Sequence record: DRR723986_5691
Direction: 5' to 3' (one strand)
Length of the DNA stretch: 64,000 nt
Every line of letters starts with the position of its first letter. Position 1 is the first letter of the stretch. Both the position numbers and the translations under genes were made by a program. A model generated the notes under the pieces. It saw nothing but the letters and a program-made list of their open reading frames with translations, did no database searches and was not told the DNA's origin. This document shows, piece by piece, positions 10,930 to 20,146 of this stretch.

Positions 10930-11070
10930 CATACCCTGATGGGTATGGCCCGTAGAAGCCGCGGAATGCATTAGCCCCCCAGCCCCCCGGGGTTTTTACT
11001 GGCCAACCAGATTTAGTGAGTCAAACATCAGGGCAACTGAAGGGCCGGCATTATGCCGGCCCTTTTCATT
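10930..11070 (+). ncRNA. Candidate small RNA (possibly BjrC1505-like; family from memory, unverified)
   Basis: No credible ORF; promoter-like motif upstream; CCCTGATG (10934-10941) pairs with CATCAGGG (11026-11033); C-rich GCCCCCCAGCCCCCC tract; terminator at the 3' end. Confidence 0.6.
11040..11070 (+). terminator. Rho-independent terminator (sRNA; may also serve the convergent MocR gene)
   Basis: AAGGGCCGGCA-tta-TGCCGGCCCTT followed by TTCATT. Confidence 0.8.
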
Positions 11071-11100
11071 TGTGGACCTGCCTGTTCTTCTGCTTTCAAA

Positions 11101-12498
11101 CTACTTCAGAAAATCCCTGAGGAACGACAGGAACCGCGCATCGGTTCCATAGGCCACATTGACCCGCATTGCCGGCTTCTGCCGGTTCTCCCGGTTCGGA
11201 TAGAAGACGGCGCCCGGTGCAATGAAGATGCTTTGCTTGCTGGCTGCGGCGCATAGTTCCCTTTCATCCACATCATCGGGAAACTCCACCCAGAGATAGA
11301 ACCCGGGTATGGAACACTCACGCACGGACAACCCGATCGCCTCCAGTGTCCCGAAAGACGCCTTGTAGGCATCTTCCACCCGGCTCCTGAGACGCCGCAG
11401 ATGTCTCAGATAATGGCCGGCCTGCATCAGATTGAACACGAAGCGTTCGACGTGGTCGGATGAATTGACCACCGTCAGCATCTTGATATCGGCAAGCTGT
11501 CGGATGATGTCCGGATTTCCAGCCACGTAACCGCATCTGAGACTGGCCGACAGTGTCTTGGAAAAGGTGCCGAGATAAAGCACCCGCTCCAGTTGGTCCA
11601 GCGCCGCCAGCCTTGGCAGCGTGGCCGGAAGAATGTCGGCAAGCGCATCGTTTTCAACCAGGAGAAACCCCCAGCGCTCGGCAAGCTGCATCAACCCGAA
11701 TGACCGCGAAGGTGACAGGGAACCGCCGGTCGGATTGTGGCCATGGGACTGGGTGACAAACATCTTCGGCCGGTAAAGAGCGAGTTTGGCGGTCAGGTCT
11801 TCCAGGTCCGGACCGTCCCTGTCCCGCCGGATACCGACAATCTGCACCTTGGCGAAGGTCAGCTTGGAAAAGAGCGGATAATAGCCCGGCTCATCGACAA
11901 AAACCGTATCGCCAGGCTCCGTCAGATGCCGGATGATCAGATCCAGGCCATGGTTGACTCCATGGGTCAAAAGAAGCCCTTGCGGATCGGCCGGGATCGA
12001 CCGCTCCAGCAATTGCATCCGCAGCCGGTCCCTCAGCGGACCATATCCCCACGAACTGCCGTAGCCGAATTCGATCGCTTCGGGAAAGGGCGTCTTGGCG
12101 TTAGCGAAATGGCGGCGCAGCTCCGCCCCCTCCATCCACGACGGCGGCGGGCGCCCATCTCCCGGACGCACTTCATAATGCTGTTCCAGCTGCTCCCGCA
12201 GCAACGACATGCCGTCGACCGCAGCCGTGACATGTGGCGCTGGCGGGGTCTTGGAAGCCGGTCCGACCTGTGACATGTAGTATCCGGAGCCGGCCCGCGC
12301 TTCCAGTAGCCCCCGGGCGACCAGCCGGTCGTAAGCTTCCGCCATCGTGTTTTTCGAAACGCCGTTCTCCCGCGCGGCCTGACGAATGGAAGGCAACCGC
12401 TCAAACGTCTTGTATGCCCCTGCCTCCAGCATCAGCGCGACCTTCTCGACGATCTGATCGACGCGAGACAGTTTCCGACCGCTACCCGTAACCCTCAT
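11101..12498 (-). CDS. MocR/GabR-family transcriptional regulator (GntR HTH + PLP aminotransferase-like domain)
   Basis: RLPSIRQAA...VSKNTMAEAYDRL HTH; HNPTG; GTFSKTL PLP lysine. Confidence 0.92.
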   Translation of the reverse strand: MRVTGSGRKLSRVDQIVEKVALMLEAGAYKTFERLPSIRQAARENGVSKNTMAEAYDRLVARGLLEARAGSGYYMSQVGPASKTPPAPHVTAAVDGMSLLREQLEQHYEVRPGDGRPPPSWMEGAELRRHFANAKTPFPEAIEFGYGSSWGYGPLRDRLRMQLLERSIPADPQGLLLTHGVNHGLDLIIRHLTEPGDTVFVDEPGYYPLFSKLTFAKVQIVGIRRDRDGPDLEDLTAKLALYRPKMFVTQSHGHNPTGGSLSPSRSFGLMQLAERWGFLLVENDALADILPATLPRLAALDQLERVLYLGTFSKTLSASLRCGYVAGNPDIIRQLADIKMLTVVNSSDHVERFVFNLMQAGHYLRHLRRLRSRVEDAYKASFGTLEAIGLSVRECSIPGFYLWVEFPDDVDERELCAAASKQSIFIAPGAVFYPNRENRQKPAMRVNVAYGTDARFLSFLRDFLK

Positions 12499-12562
12499 TG
12501 TCCCTCAAAATTTACTGGGACAGTGCTGCCCATAAATCCAACAACTGTCCCTTGATTGTCCC
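12499..12562. promoter_or_regulatory. Putative MocR operator array
   Basis: TGTCCC at 12499, 12546 and 12557, and inverted GGGACA at 12517, in the divergent promoter region. Confidence 0.6.
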
Positions 12563-12625
12563 AATCATTTTTATGACAGTTTGCCCCATTACGCCAGCAA
12601 ATGGCAATTTCCTTGGGAGGGAAAA

Positions 12626-13657
12626 ATGACCAAAGTAAGTAGACGCAGCCTTCTTGCAGGTGCAGCCGTTGGCGGCACCGCCCTCGCAGCACCGATTGCG
12701 GCCAAGGCACAGGATGCGGTTGAGTGGCGCATGCAGGCTCTCTGGGACGCCGGCACCACACCTTTCGAATTCGAGAAGAAATTTGTCGAGCGCGTCAGCG
12801 AACTGACCGACGGCAACTTCAAGATCACGCTGTTCTCCGCCGGCCAGCTCGTGCCTGCCAACCAGGCATTCGATGCCGTTCGCGCCGGCGCCTTCCAGCT
12901 GATGAAGACCTTCGACGGCTACGAAGCCGGCAAGATCCCGGCATTTGCCTTCACGTCCACCATCCCGTTCGGCTTCCCCGAGTCCGACCAGTATGAAGCC
13001 TGGTTCTACGAAAAGGGTGGTCTGGATCTCGCCCGCGAAGCCTATGCAAGGGCCGGTCTCTTCTACATTGCCCCCACCGTCTATGGCGAAGAGCCGATCC
13101 ACTCGACCGTCAAGATGGAAACCATCGCCGACATGGCCGGCAAGAAGGGCCGCTTTGTCGGGCTCGCTTCCGCGGTCATGGCCGACCAGGGCGTTTCCGT
13201 GACCCCGCTGCCGACGGCGGAAGTCTATACGGCGCTTGAAAAAGGCCTGATCGATTTTGCCGACCGCGGCGATCTCACCGCCAACTACGAAGCAGGCCTT
13301 GGCGAAGTCGCCAAGTTCATCATCCTGCCGGGCGTGCACCAGCCGACCACCGCCACCAGCTATGTCGCCAACCAGGGCGCCTATGACGCCCTGCCGGACG
13401 ACTACAAGGCAGCGCTTGCCGTTGCGGCTCGGGAGATTTCCGGATCGCTGCGCCAGCACATCATGGTGCAGAATGTCGATGTCCTGAAGAAATACGGCGA
13501 ACAAGGCGTCGAGATCATCCAGCTCGACCCGGCCGATGTCGCGGCCAACCGGTCCAAGGCTGTCGAGTCCTGGAAAAAGGCTACCAAGGAAGACGATCTG
13601 GCGAATCGCGTGCTCGCGAGCCAGATTGAGTTCATGACAGCCCTCGGGCTGATCTGA
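12626..13657 (+). CDS. dctP: TRAP transporter substrate-binding protein, Tat-exported
   Basis: SRRSLL Tat motif; WRMQ start, FSAGQLVP, EVYTALEKGLID; GGGAGG RBS. Confidence 0.9.
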   Translation: MTKVSRRSLLAGAAVGGTALAAPIAAKAQDAVEWRMQALWDAGTTPFEFEKKFVERVSELTDGNFKITLFSAGQLVPANQAFDAVRAGAFQLMKTFDGYEAGKIPAFAFTSTIPFGFPESDQYEAWFYEKGGLDLAREAYARAGLFYIAPTVYGEEPIHSTVKMETIADMAGKKGRFVGLASAVMADQGVSVTPLPTAEVYTALEKGLIDFADRGDLTANYEAGLGEVAKFIILPGVHQPTTATSYVANQGAYDALPDDYKAALAVAAREISGSLRQHIMVQNVDVLKKYGEQGVEIIQLDPADVAANRSKAVESWKKATKEDDLANRVLASQIEFMTALGLI

Positions 13658-13728
13658 CCCTTCCTCCCACCGGACGGTAGACGGCACCTCCCTGCCGTCT
13701 GCCGTCCGGTCGTCCTTTCGATCGGCAA

Positions 13729-14247
13729 ATGCTCAGCTTCATGAAATCCGTCAGTTCCATCGTCACCGGCGTCAACCGGTTGTTCTTCCTCCTTGCGGCG
13801 GCACTCATCTTCGCGGTGGTGCCGATCCTGCTGTTCGAAGTGGTCGCAAGATACCTGTTCGATGCGCCGACGGTGTGGGCCATGGAAGCCAGCACGTTGA
13901 TCTTCGGTCCGCATTTCATGCTGGCCGGACCTTACCTTCTGCACCTGAAGGGCCACGTCGCCGTCGACATCTTCAGCGAAAAACTGACGGGATTGCCGAA
14001 AGTGGCTCTCGACGTGTTCTCCTATGCCGTCATTGCGGTGTTTGCAGGCGTTTTTGCCTGGGTCAGCTGGCCGCTTGCAATCAACGCCTACTCCCTCGGC
14101 GAAACCAGCTTTTCCGCCTGGAACCCACCTGTCTGGTGGCTGAAATTCGTCGTGCCGCTTTCCTTTGCGCTCCTGTTTTTGCAGGCCCTTGTTGAAGCCT
14201 ACAACGCAACGCGCCCGGCGCAGGAACAGACGGGAGCAAGCGCATGA
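13729..14247 (+). CDS. dctQ: TRAP transporter small permease
   Basis: 4 TM segments; EVVARYLFDAPTVWA, HVAVD. Confidence 0.9.
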   Translation: MLSFMKSVSSIVTGVNRLFFLLAAALIFAVVPILLFEVVARYLFDAPTVWAMEASTLIFGPHFMLAGPYLLHLKGHVAVDIFSEKLTGLPKVALDVFSYAVIAVFAGVFAWVSWPLAINAYSLGETSFSAWNPPVWWLKFVVPLSFALLFLQALVEAYNATRPAQEQTGASA

Positions 14248-15557
14248 GCTCCGAATTCGTTCTTGCCATCATGTTCGCCAGCCTTGTGGGCCTGCTGCTC
14301 ACCGGCCTGCCGCTTGCCTTCACGCTCGGCGCACTTGCGCTCGTTTTCACGCTAACGCTGTGGGGCCCCGCCGCCCTCTCCGTTACCGTCCTCAACCTCT
14401 ACTCCACCATGACGTCGGAATCGCTCCTCGCGATCCCGCTTTATGTGATGATGGCCAGCATCCTTCAGCGTTCCGGCGTCATCGAAAGCCTTTACCGGGC
14501 CATGGAACTCTGGTCGCGGCGGTTGCCGGGTGGCCTGGCGGTGGGCACCATCGCCATCTGCACGATCATCGCCGCCATGACGGGCATCGTCGGTGCCGCG
14601 GTTGCTGCCATGGGCATGCTGGCCCTGCCCTCCATGCTGAAGCGCAAATATAGTCCGGAGCTCGCGATCGGGACGATCTGCGCCGGCGGAACGCTCGGCA
14701 TCCTGATCCCGCCCTCGGTGATCACCATCGTCTATGCCGTGACCGCACAGGCCTCTATCGGCCAGATGTTCATCGCCGGCGTGGTGCCGGGCCTGCTGCT
14801 CGCCTCGCTCTATATCGGCTATATCGTTCTGCGGTCCGCGCTCAACCCGTCCATCGCCCCGCGTCCGGACAACGACGCCCCGGCCACCTGGGAAGAGCGC
14901 ATTGCCTCGCTGAAATCCCTCATCCTGCCGCTGCTGATCATCGTCGGCGTCCTGGGCACGATCTACATGGGTATCGCAACACCCACGGAAGCAGCCGCCG
15001 TCGGCGTCTTCCTGGCGTTCCTGTCGTCGCTTATCGAGCGCCGGTTCGGCTGGGAGCTCATATCCGGCGTTGCCCTCGACGTGGTCAAGGTGACCGCCAT
15101 GATCCTCTGGATCACCATCGGTGCACGGGCCTTCGTCGCGATCTTCACCGGCACCGGCGGCGCGGACTTCCTCCTGTCCTTCATTCAGGATCTCGATGCC
15201 AACCGCTGGATCGTTCTCGCCATCATGCTGGGCATTCTGTTCTTCCTCGGCATGTTCCTGGACGAAATGGGCATCATCCTCTTGTGCGTGCCCGTCTTCC
15301 TGCCGGTGATCGACTTCCTCGAGTTCGACCGGCTCTGGTTCGGCATCCTGTTCCTCGTTTCGGCACAGATGGCCTACATCTCCCCGCCCTTCGGCTACAC
15401 GCTCTTCTACATGAAGGGCGTCCTGCCGGCCGGCATCGGCATGGGCACGGTCTACCGTGCCATCGTTCCCTTCATCCTGCTGCAAGCCATCGGTATCTTC
15501 ATCTGCGCCCTGTTTCCGGAGCTGGTGTTGTGGCTGCCGCAATCCATGATCAATTGA
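14244..15557 (+). CDS. dctM: TRAP transporter large permease
   Basis: GTLGILIPPS, ATPTEAAAVG, ISPPFG; ATGA overlap with dctQ. Confidence 0.92.
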   Translation: MSSEFVLAIMFASLVGLLLTGLPLAFTLGALALVFTLTLWGPAALSVTVLNLYSTMTSESLLAIPLYVMMASILQRSGVIESLYRAMELWSRRLPGGLAVGTIAICTIIAAMTGIVGAAVAAMGMLALPSMLKRKYSPELAIGTICAGGTLGILIPPSVITIVYAVTAQASIGQMFIAGVVPGLLLASLYIGYIVLRSALNPSIAPRPDNDAPATWEERIASLKSLILPLLIIVGVLGTIYMGIATPTEAAAVGVFLAFLSSLIERRFGWELISGVALDVVKVTAMILWITIGARAFVAIFTGTGGADFLLSFIQDLDANRWIVLAIMLGILFFLGMFLDEMGIILLCVPVFLPVIDFLEFDRLWFGILFLVSAQMAYISPPFGYTLFYMKGVLPAGIGMGTVYRAIVPFILLQAIGIFICALFPELVLWLPQSMIN

Positions 15558-15574
15558 CAGACAGGTTTCCCCCG

Positions 15575-16858
15575 ATGAGTGACGTCACTTCGTCCCGTAT
15601 TGAAGGTTTTCACAAGCTGGACCCGGCCGGCCGGCTCCAGGCAGTCCAGCGCCAGGCGAATCTCGACAACAAGTCCGTCTCCGACCTTGTGGAAGCGGCA
15701 TCCGGAAACATCGAACTGGCCGACCGCCTTGTTGAAAACGCCATTTCTTCCATGTCCATTCCTGTCGGTATCGCGACCAACATGACCGTGGACGGACGGG
15801 ACGTTCTGGTGCCGATGGCCAGCGAGGAATCCTCCGTCATCGCCGCCGTGTGCAACTCGGCCAAGCGCTGCCGGCCGACCGGTGGCTTCAAGACCTCCAC
15901 AAGCGGCCCCCTGATGGCAGCCCAGATCCAGCTTCTGGGCGCAAGCGACCCTGAAAACGTCCGCCTGCAGGTTTTTGAACGCATCGACGACATCCGCACC
16001 ATCTGCGAAGAGATCGATCCGCTTCTGGTGAAGCTTGGCGGCGGCTTCCGTGACCTCGACATAAGGGTCATCGACACTGCCGAAGGACCTATGACCATCG
16101 TTCACATCATCGTCGACACGCGCGACGCGATGGGCGCCAACGCCGTCAACAGTATGGCCGAGGCCCTTGCACCCAAGCTGGAGGAATGGACCGGCGCCCG
16201 CAGTCTCCTGCGGATCCTGACCAACCTCGCCGACCGCCGCGTGGCACGCGTGCGGGCTGTCTGGCCGCTGGAGGAAATCGGAGGTGAAAAGGTTCGGGAC
16301 GACATGCTGTCGGCCTATCACTTTGCCGATGCCGACCCCTATCGGGCAGCCACCCATAACAAGGGCATCATGAACGGCATCAGCGCGGTGGTTCTGGCGA
16401 CCGGCAACGACACCAGAGCCGTGGAGGCAGGTGCCCATGCGTTCGCGTCGAAAGACGGCCGCTACCGCTCGATGTCCCGCTGGGAAAAGGACGGCGACGG
16501 CAATCTTGTCGGCATCCTGGAACTGCCGATGGCTGTCGGACTGGTCGGTGGCGCAACCAAGATCCACCCCACCGCGCAGGCCAACCTGAAAATTCTCGGC
16601 GTGACCACGGCAGACGAACTGGCCCGGATCATCGTTGCCGTCGGCCTGGCGCAGAATTTCGGCGCATTGCGCGCCCTTGCCACCACCGGCATTCAGAAGG
16701 GCCACATGGCCCTGCACGCCCAGAACGTTGCCCTGATGGTGGGCGCGACCGGCGAGGAAATCGACCTGGTGGCCAACGAGCTGAAGTCGCTTGGCAAGGT
16801 GCGGCAGGATCTGGCCGAGGAAATTCTCGCCCGGCTGCGGCAGGGCGCCAACGCCTGA
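15575..16858 (+). CDS. mvaA: Class II (degradative-type) hydroxymethylglutaryl-CoA reductase
   Basis: PMASEESSV, DAMGANAVN, THNKGIMNG, GNDTRAVEAG, GIQKGHMALH. Confidence 0.92.
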   Translation: MSDVTSSRIEGFHKLDPAGRLQAVQRQANLDNKSVSDLVEAASGNIELADRLVENAISSMSIPVGIATNMTVDGRDVLVPMASEESSVIAAVCNSAKRCRPTGGFKTSTSGPLMAAQIQLLGASDPENVRLQVFERIDDIRTICEEIDPLLVKLGGGFRDLDIRVIDTAEGPMTIVHIIVDTRDAMGANAVNSMAEALAPKLEEWTGARSLLRILTNLADRRVARVRAVWPLEEIGGEKVRDDMLSAYHFADADPYRAATHNKGIMNGISAVVLATGNDTRAVEAGAHAFASKDGRYRSMSRWEKDGDGNLVGILELPMAVGLVGGATKIHPTAQANLKILGVTTADELARIIVAVGLAQNFGALRALATTGIQKGHMALHAQNVALMVGATGEEIDLVANELKSLGKVRQDLAEEILARLRQGANA

Positions 16859-17024
16859 GGCCTTTTGACAAGGTTCGACCGGAGAGGTCTCGGCACTATT
16901 ACCGTGTTGCCCCTCCGGCCGATCAACTCCCGGATGCCGAACGCAATGAAATCGGCATAATTGGCGTTTCTACGACGCGATTGCCTCTTTTCCGTCGGAT
17001 TGCTTGTTGTATCTTTCTAAAAGC

Positions 17025-17543
17025 ATGACAACCGACCTGATAGATCTGCGCGCGGCCCGAACCGCCGATTGTGAGGCACTCGCCGGCATCCATAGCGAAG
17101 CCTGGCTGGGCGCCTATCGCGGCGTCTTGCACGGTGTCGATCTTCAGAAGATGATTTCGCGCCGCGGCAGCAGCTGGTGGCGTGGCGCCCTTGCCAGGGG
17201 TGTCGACATCAAGATCCTCAGCATCGCCGAAATTCCCGCCGGTTACGCGACCTATGGGCCGTGCCGACTGAGGGACACCGGCATGGATGGCGAAATCTAC
17301 GAGCTTTATCTGAAGCCGGAATATCAGGGCCTCGGTTTCGGCCGGGCCCTTTTCCAGAATGTGCGGGAAACGCTGTCGGCGAAGAGCATGCCCGGTGTCG
17401 CGGTGCAGGTATTGAGCGCCAACGAGCCCGCGCGCGCTTTCTACAAGGCCGTCGGTGGCAAGCTCGCGGCAAAGTCCTGGTACAGGATCGGCGGTCGCAG
17501 GCTGGAGCTCAGCATCTACGCCTGGCCGCAAATCAGCACCTGA
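17025..17543 (+). CDS. GNAT family N-acetyltransferase
   Basis: ELYLKPEYQGLGFGRAL, NEPARAFY. Confidence 0.85.
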   Translation: MTTDLIDLRAARTADCEALAGIHSEAWLGAYRGVLHGVDLQKMISRRGSSWWRGALARGVDIKILSIAEIPAGYATYGPCRLRDTGMDGEIYELYLKPEYQGLGFGRALFQNVRETLSAKSMPGVAVQVLSANEPARAFYKAVGGKLAAKSWYRIGGRRLELSIYAWPQIST

Positions 17544-17559
17544 GCCGCAGGGCACCTGC

Positions 17560-18126
17560 CTAATAGAGAATTCCGGGATTGCCGAGGATCTGCGGCGGCT
17601 GCGTGCAGTCGAAAGAACCGGCCATGGTATCGGCAGCCTGGCGCGCCAAATCGTTGGCATTCTTGTTGGCCTGGGCATCGATCCGGGCAATCTGGCAGGT
17701 GCCGCCGCCGGGCTGCAGCTGGGTCACGATCAGCACGCTGCCAGTCCTGGACCCCTCATCGAGGCTCGGAAACCAGCGCAGGATGGTCGCAAACGGAACA
17801 CCACCCCTGAGGCGCCATTCCAGCGTTTCGTTGACCGTGTTGAAATTGGGCAGGGTCTGGCCTGCCGCAGGCTCGTTGGCGGCATCGGGACCAAAGGAAA
17901 CGAACATACGCAGGTCGCCCTCGGCAACATAGACACTCGTGCCCTTGTAACCGGCGCACTGCCAGGCACCGCCGAAGGTGCCTTCTTCCTCATCCGGGGA
18001 GGTGATCAGCGGGCAGCTGTCCAAAAGGATCTTGGTATAGGCACTGTCGACCGACGCCGCCCCTGCAGCCTGCAGAGACACAAGCAATCCGCCGAGCATC
18101 AAAAGGGAAACAGTAAGCCGTTTCAT
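17560..18126 (-). CDS. Hypothetical exported protein
   Basis: GGAGGAG RBS, signal peptide, four Cys. Confidence 0.75.
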   Translation of the reverse strand: MKRLTVSLLMLGGLLVSLQAAGAASVDSAYTKILLDSCPLITSPDEEEGTFGGAWQCAGYKGTSVYVAEGDLRMFVSFGPDAANEPAAGQTLPNFNTVNETLEWRLRGGVPFATILRWFPSLDEGSRTGSVLIVTQLQPGGGTCQIARIDAQANKNANDLARQAADTMAGSFDCTQPPQILGNPGILY

Positions 18127-18260
18127 AAATCTATCTCCTCCAGAGCCTGCCGCGCGAATAGACGCATGTTAATCAATTAGGTGCAATGCAAAAATAAAGG
18201 GCTTGAACTTCTTCGGCGGGATTGCGATAGACGCAGCAACGAATAACAGGAGTTTCCTAA

Positions 18261-18800
18261 ATGCGTATCGACGCTGTGCCGATTGGCAAGAATCCGCCGG
18301 AAGACATCAACGTCATTATCGAGGTCTCCGTTGGCGGCGAGCCGATCAAATACGAGATGGATAAAGAAGCCGGTGCGATGTACGTCGACCGCTTCCTGTA
18401 CACTCCGATGCGGTACCCGGGCAACTACGGCTTCGTTCCCCACACCCTGTGTGGCGATGGCGACCCGATCGACGTGATCGTGGTCAACCAGCGCCCGATC
18501 GTTCCGGGCGCCATCATGAGCTGCCGTCCGATCGGCGTACTGCTGATGGAAGACGAATCCGGCCAGGACGAAAAGATCCTCGCGGTTCCGTCCCACAAGC
18601 TCAGCAAGCGCTACGACAACATCAACGACGTGACCGACCTTCCGGAAATCACCGTTGCCCAGGTGAAGCATTTCTTTGAACACTACAAGGATCTGGAGCC
18701 GGGCAAGTGGGTGAAGATCACCGGTGTTGAAGGTGTCGAATCCGCAAAGCGGCTGATCGTTGAATCGATCGCACGCGCCCAGAAGGAAGCCGCTGAATAA
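18261..18800 (+). CDS. ppa: Inorganic pyrophosphatase (family I)
   Basis: [30 protein letters not shown]. Confidence 0.96.
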   Translation: MRIDAVPIGKNPPEDINVIIEVSVGGEPIKYEMDKEAGAMYVDRFLYTPMRYPGNYGFVPHTLCGDGDPIDVIVVNQRPIVPGAIMSCRPIGVLLMEDESGQDEKILAVPSHKLSKRYDNINDVTDLPEITVAQVKHFFEHYKDLEPGKWVKITGVEGVESAKRLIVESIARAQKEAAE

Positions 18801-18822
18801 GCGTTCCCGAACGGACGAAAAC

Positions 18823-18864
18823 AAAAAGGCCTCCCGAGTGTCGCAAGACGCGGGAGGCCTTTTT
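18823..18864. terminator. Bidirectional Rho-independent terminator
   Basis: AAAAAGGCCTCCCG...CGGGAGGCCTTTTT between convergent genes. Confidence 0.85.
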
Positions 18865-18881
18865 CGTTGCAAGGGTCCGAA

Positions 18882-19316
18882 TTAGCGTTCCGCTGCCGCC
18901 TCGATGCGCTCCATGTCCTGGTCGGACAGGCCAAAATGATGCCCGATCTCGTGGATCAGCACATGGGCAACCACATCGCCCAGCGTCTCGTCCATCGCGG
19001 CCCAGTAGTCGAGGATCGGCCGGCGGAAGAGCCAGATGCGGTTGGGCATCTGCCCGGTCATCACGGTTTCTTCGCCTTCGCTCAGCCCCTGGCCTTCGAA
19101 CAGGCCCAGAAGGTCGTGCGGGTCCTCGATGCGAAGTTCATCCAGAACGTCGTCGGGCGCATAGTCCGCAAGGCTGATCTGCAGATGACCACAGCGCAGC
19201 AGAAGATCATCCGGAAGCCCGGAGAGGATCTCGCTCGCCATCGCCTCGAAGTCTTCCAGGTCAGGTGCTTTGCGTTCGGTCCAGCTGCTGTGGCTGACCG
19301 GCCGGACGGATGCCAT
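18882..19316 (-). CDS. Minimal zincin-like metallopeptidase (Zincin_1/DUF1025)
   Basis: DLLGLFEG, IWLFRRPIL, HVLIHEIGHHFGLSD. Confidence 0.87.
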   Translation of the reverse strand: MASVRPVSHSSWTERKAPDLEDFEAMASEILSGLPDDLLLRCGHLQISLADYAPDDVLDELRIEDPHDLLGLFEGQGLSEGEETVMTGQMPNRIWLFRRPILDYWAAMDETLGDVVAHVLIHEIGHHFGLSDQDMERIEAAAER

Positions 19317-19343
19317 ATCGGTTCCTTTGACGGATCGGTTCAT

Positions 19344-19610
19344 TCAGGTTTTGGGCAGTACGTAGGTGACCAGCAGATAAATCGCCAGTCCTATCGCGAA
19401 CACAAGCCCGAGACCTCGGCCGATCCGGCTGCCCCAAACCTCGATCCGGTCGTCTTCGTCCTTGTCGGCGGCGCTCAGGTGATCCTTTGCCCGGTCGGCC
19501 ATGCGGACGAAGGTAGAACCGGCAACGGTCTCGCTCTCCGCATTCACCCGGTCAAGTGTGCGGAGCGCTTCATCGCGCAGTTTTTCCTTCGGGTGTTTGT
19601 TCTCGCTCAT
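19344..19610 (-). CDS. Small hypothetical membrane protein
   Basis: MSENKHP... with C-terminal TM after IEVWGSRIGRGLG; ATGA overlap with the DsbB-family gene. Confidence 0.7.
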   Translation of the reverse strand: MSENKHPKEKLRDEALRTLDRVNAESETVAGSTFVRMADRAKDHLSAADKDEDDRIEVWGSRIGRGLGLVFAIGLAIYLLVTYVLPKT

Positions 19611-20131
19611 GCACCTACACTGGCCGTGTTGCCACGGCGTTTCAACCCGAAAGCGGCCGAAAGCGCCAGAAGGGCAAGCCCGCCGGACGCAACCGCGTTC
19701 CAGCCGGCAAAGGACAGGCCGAACATGCGCCAGCTGGCCTCGGTGCAGCTGACAACGCGCGTCGATTTCAACGCCTGCAGCATGTTGGCCGCAGACGTTG
19801 GTGTCGAGGTACCGCCACCGCAATCGCTCGGGCCGTCCCAGAACTGCCACTCGGCGCCGGACTGGTAGATACCGAGGCCGGAACCATAGGCAAACACAGC
19901 CGCAACGACCAGAAGCAGAGCCAACGCCAACCCGGTCCGCCTTGCCTGCATCAGGAAAAGCGCTAGCAAGGCCAGGGGAAGGCCGACGTAATAGGGAATG
20001 CGCTGCTCGAGGCACAGCTTGCAGGGCACATAGCCGCCAATCAGCTGAAAGCCCCAGGCGGTCGCGATTGCCGCCAGGCCGCCCACCAGCAAGAGCCCCG
20101 TCAGATTGCGCGAAATCCGGTCGGCTGTCAT
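19607..20131 (-). CDS. dsbB: Disulfide bond formation protein B family
   Basis: PCKLCLEQR (CxxC), second Cys pair, FGLSFAGWN. Confidence 0.85.
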   Translation of the reverse strand: MTADRISRNLTGLLLVGGLAAIATAWGFQLIGGYVPCKLCLEQRIPYYVGLPLALLALFLMQARRTGLALALLLVVAAVFAYGSGLGIYQSGAEWQFWDGPSDCGGGTSTPTSAANMLQALKSTRVVSCTEASWRMFGLSFAGWNAVASGGLALLALSAAFGLKRRGNTASVGA

Positions 20132-20146
20132 CTCACCCTCTTATTG

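Noticed and set aside
15284-15574. N-terminal extension of mvaA in the ORF track, suggesting a fusion
   Set aside because: It overlaps dctM in another frame; reductase homology starts at ATG 15575.
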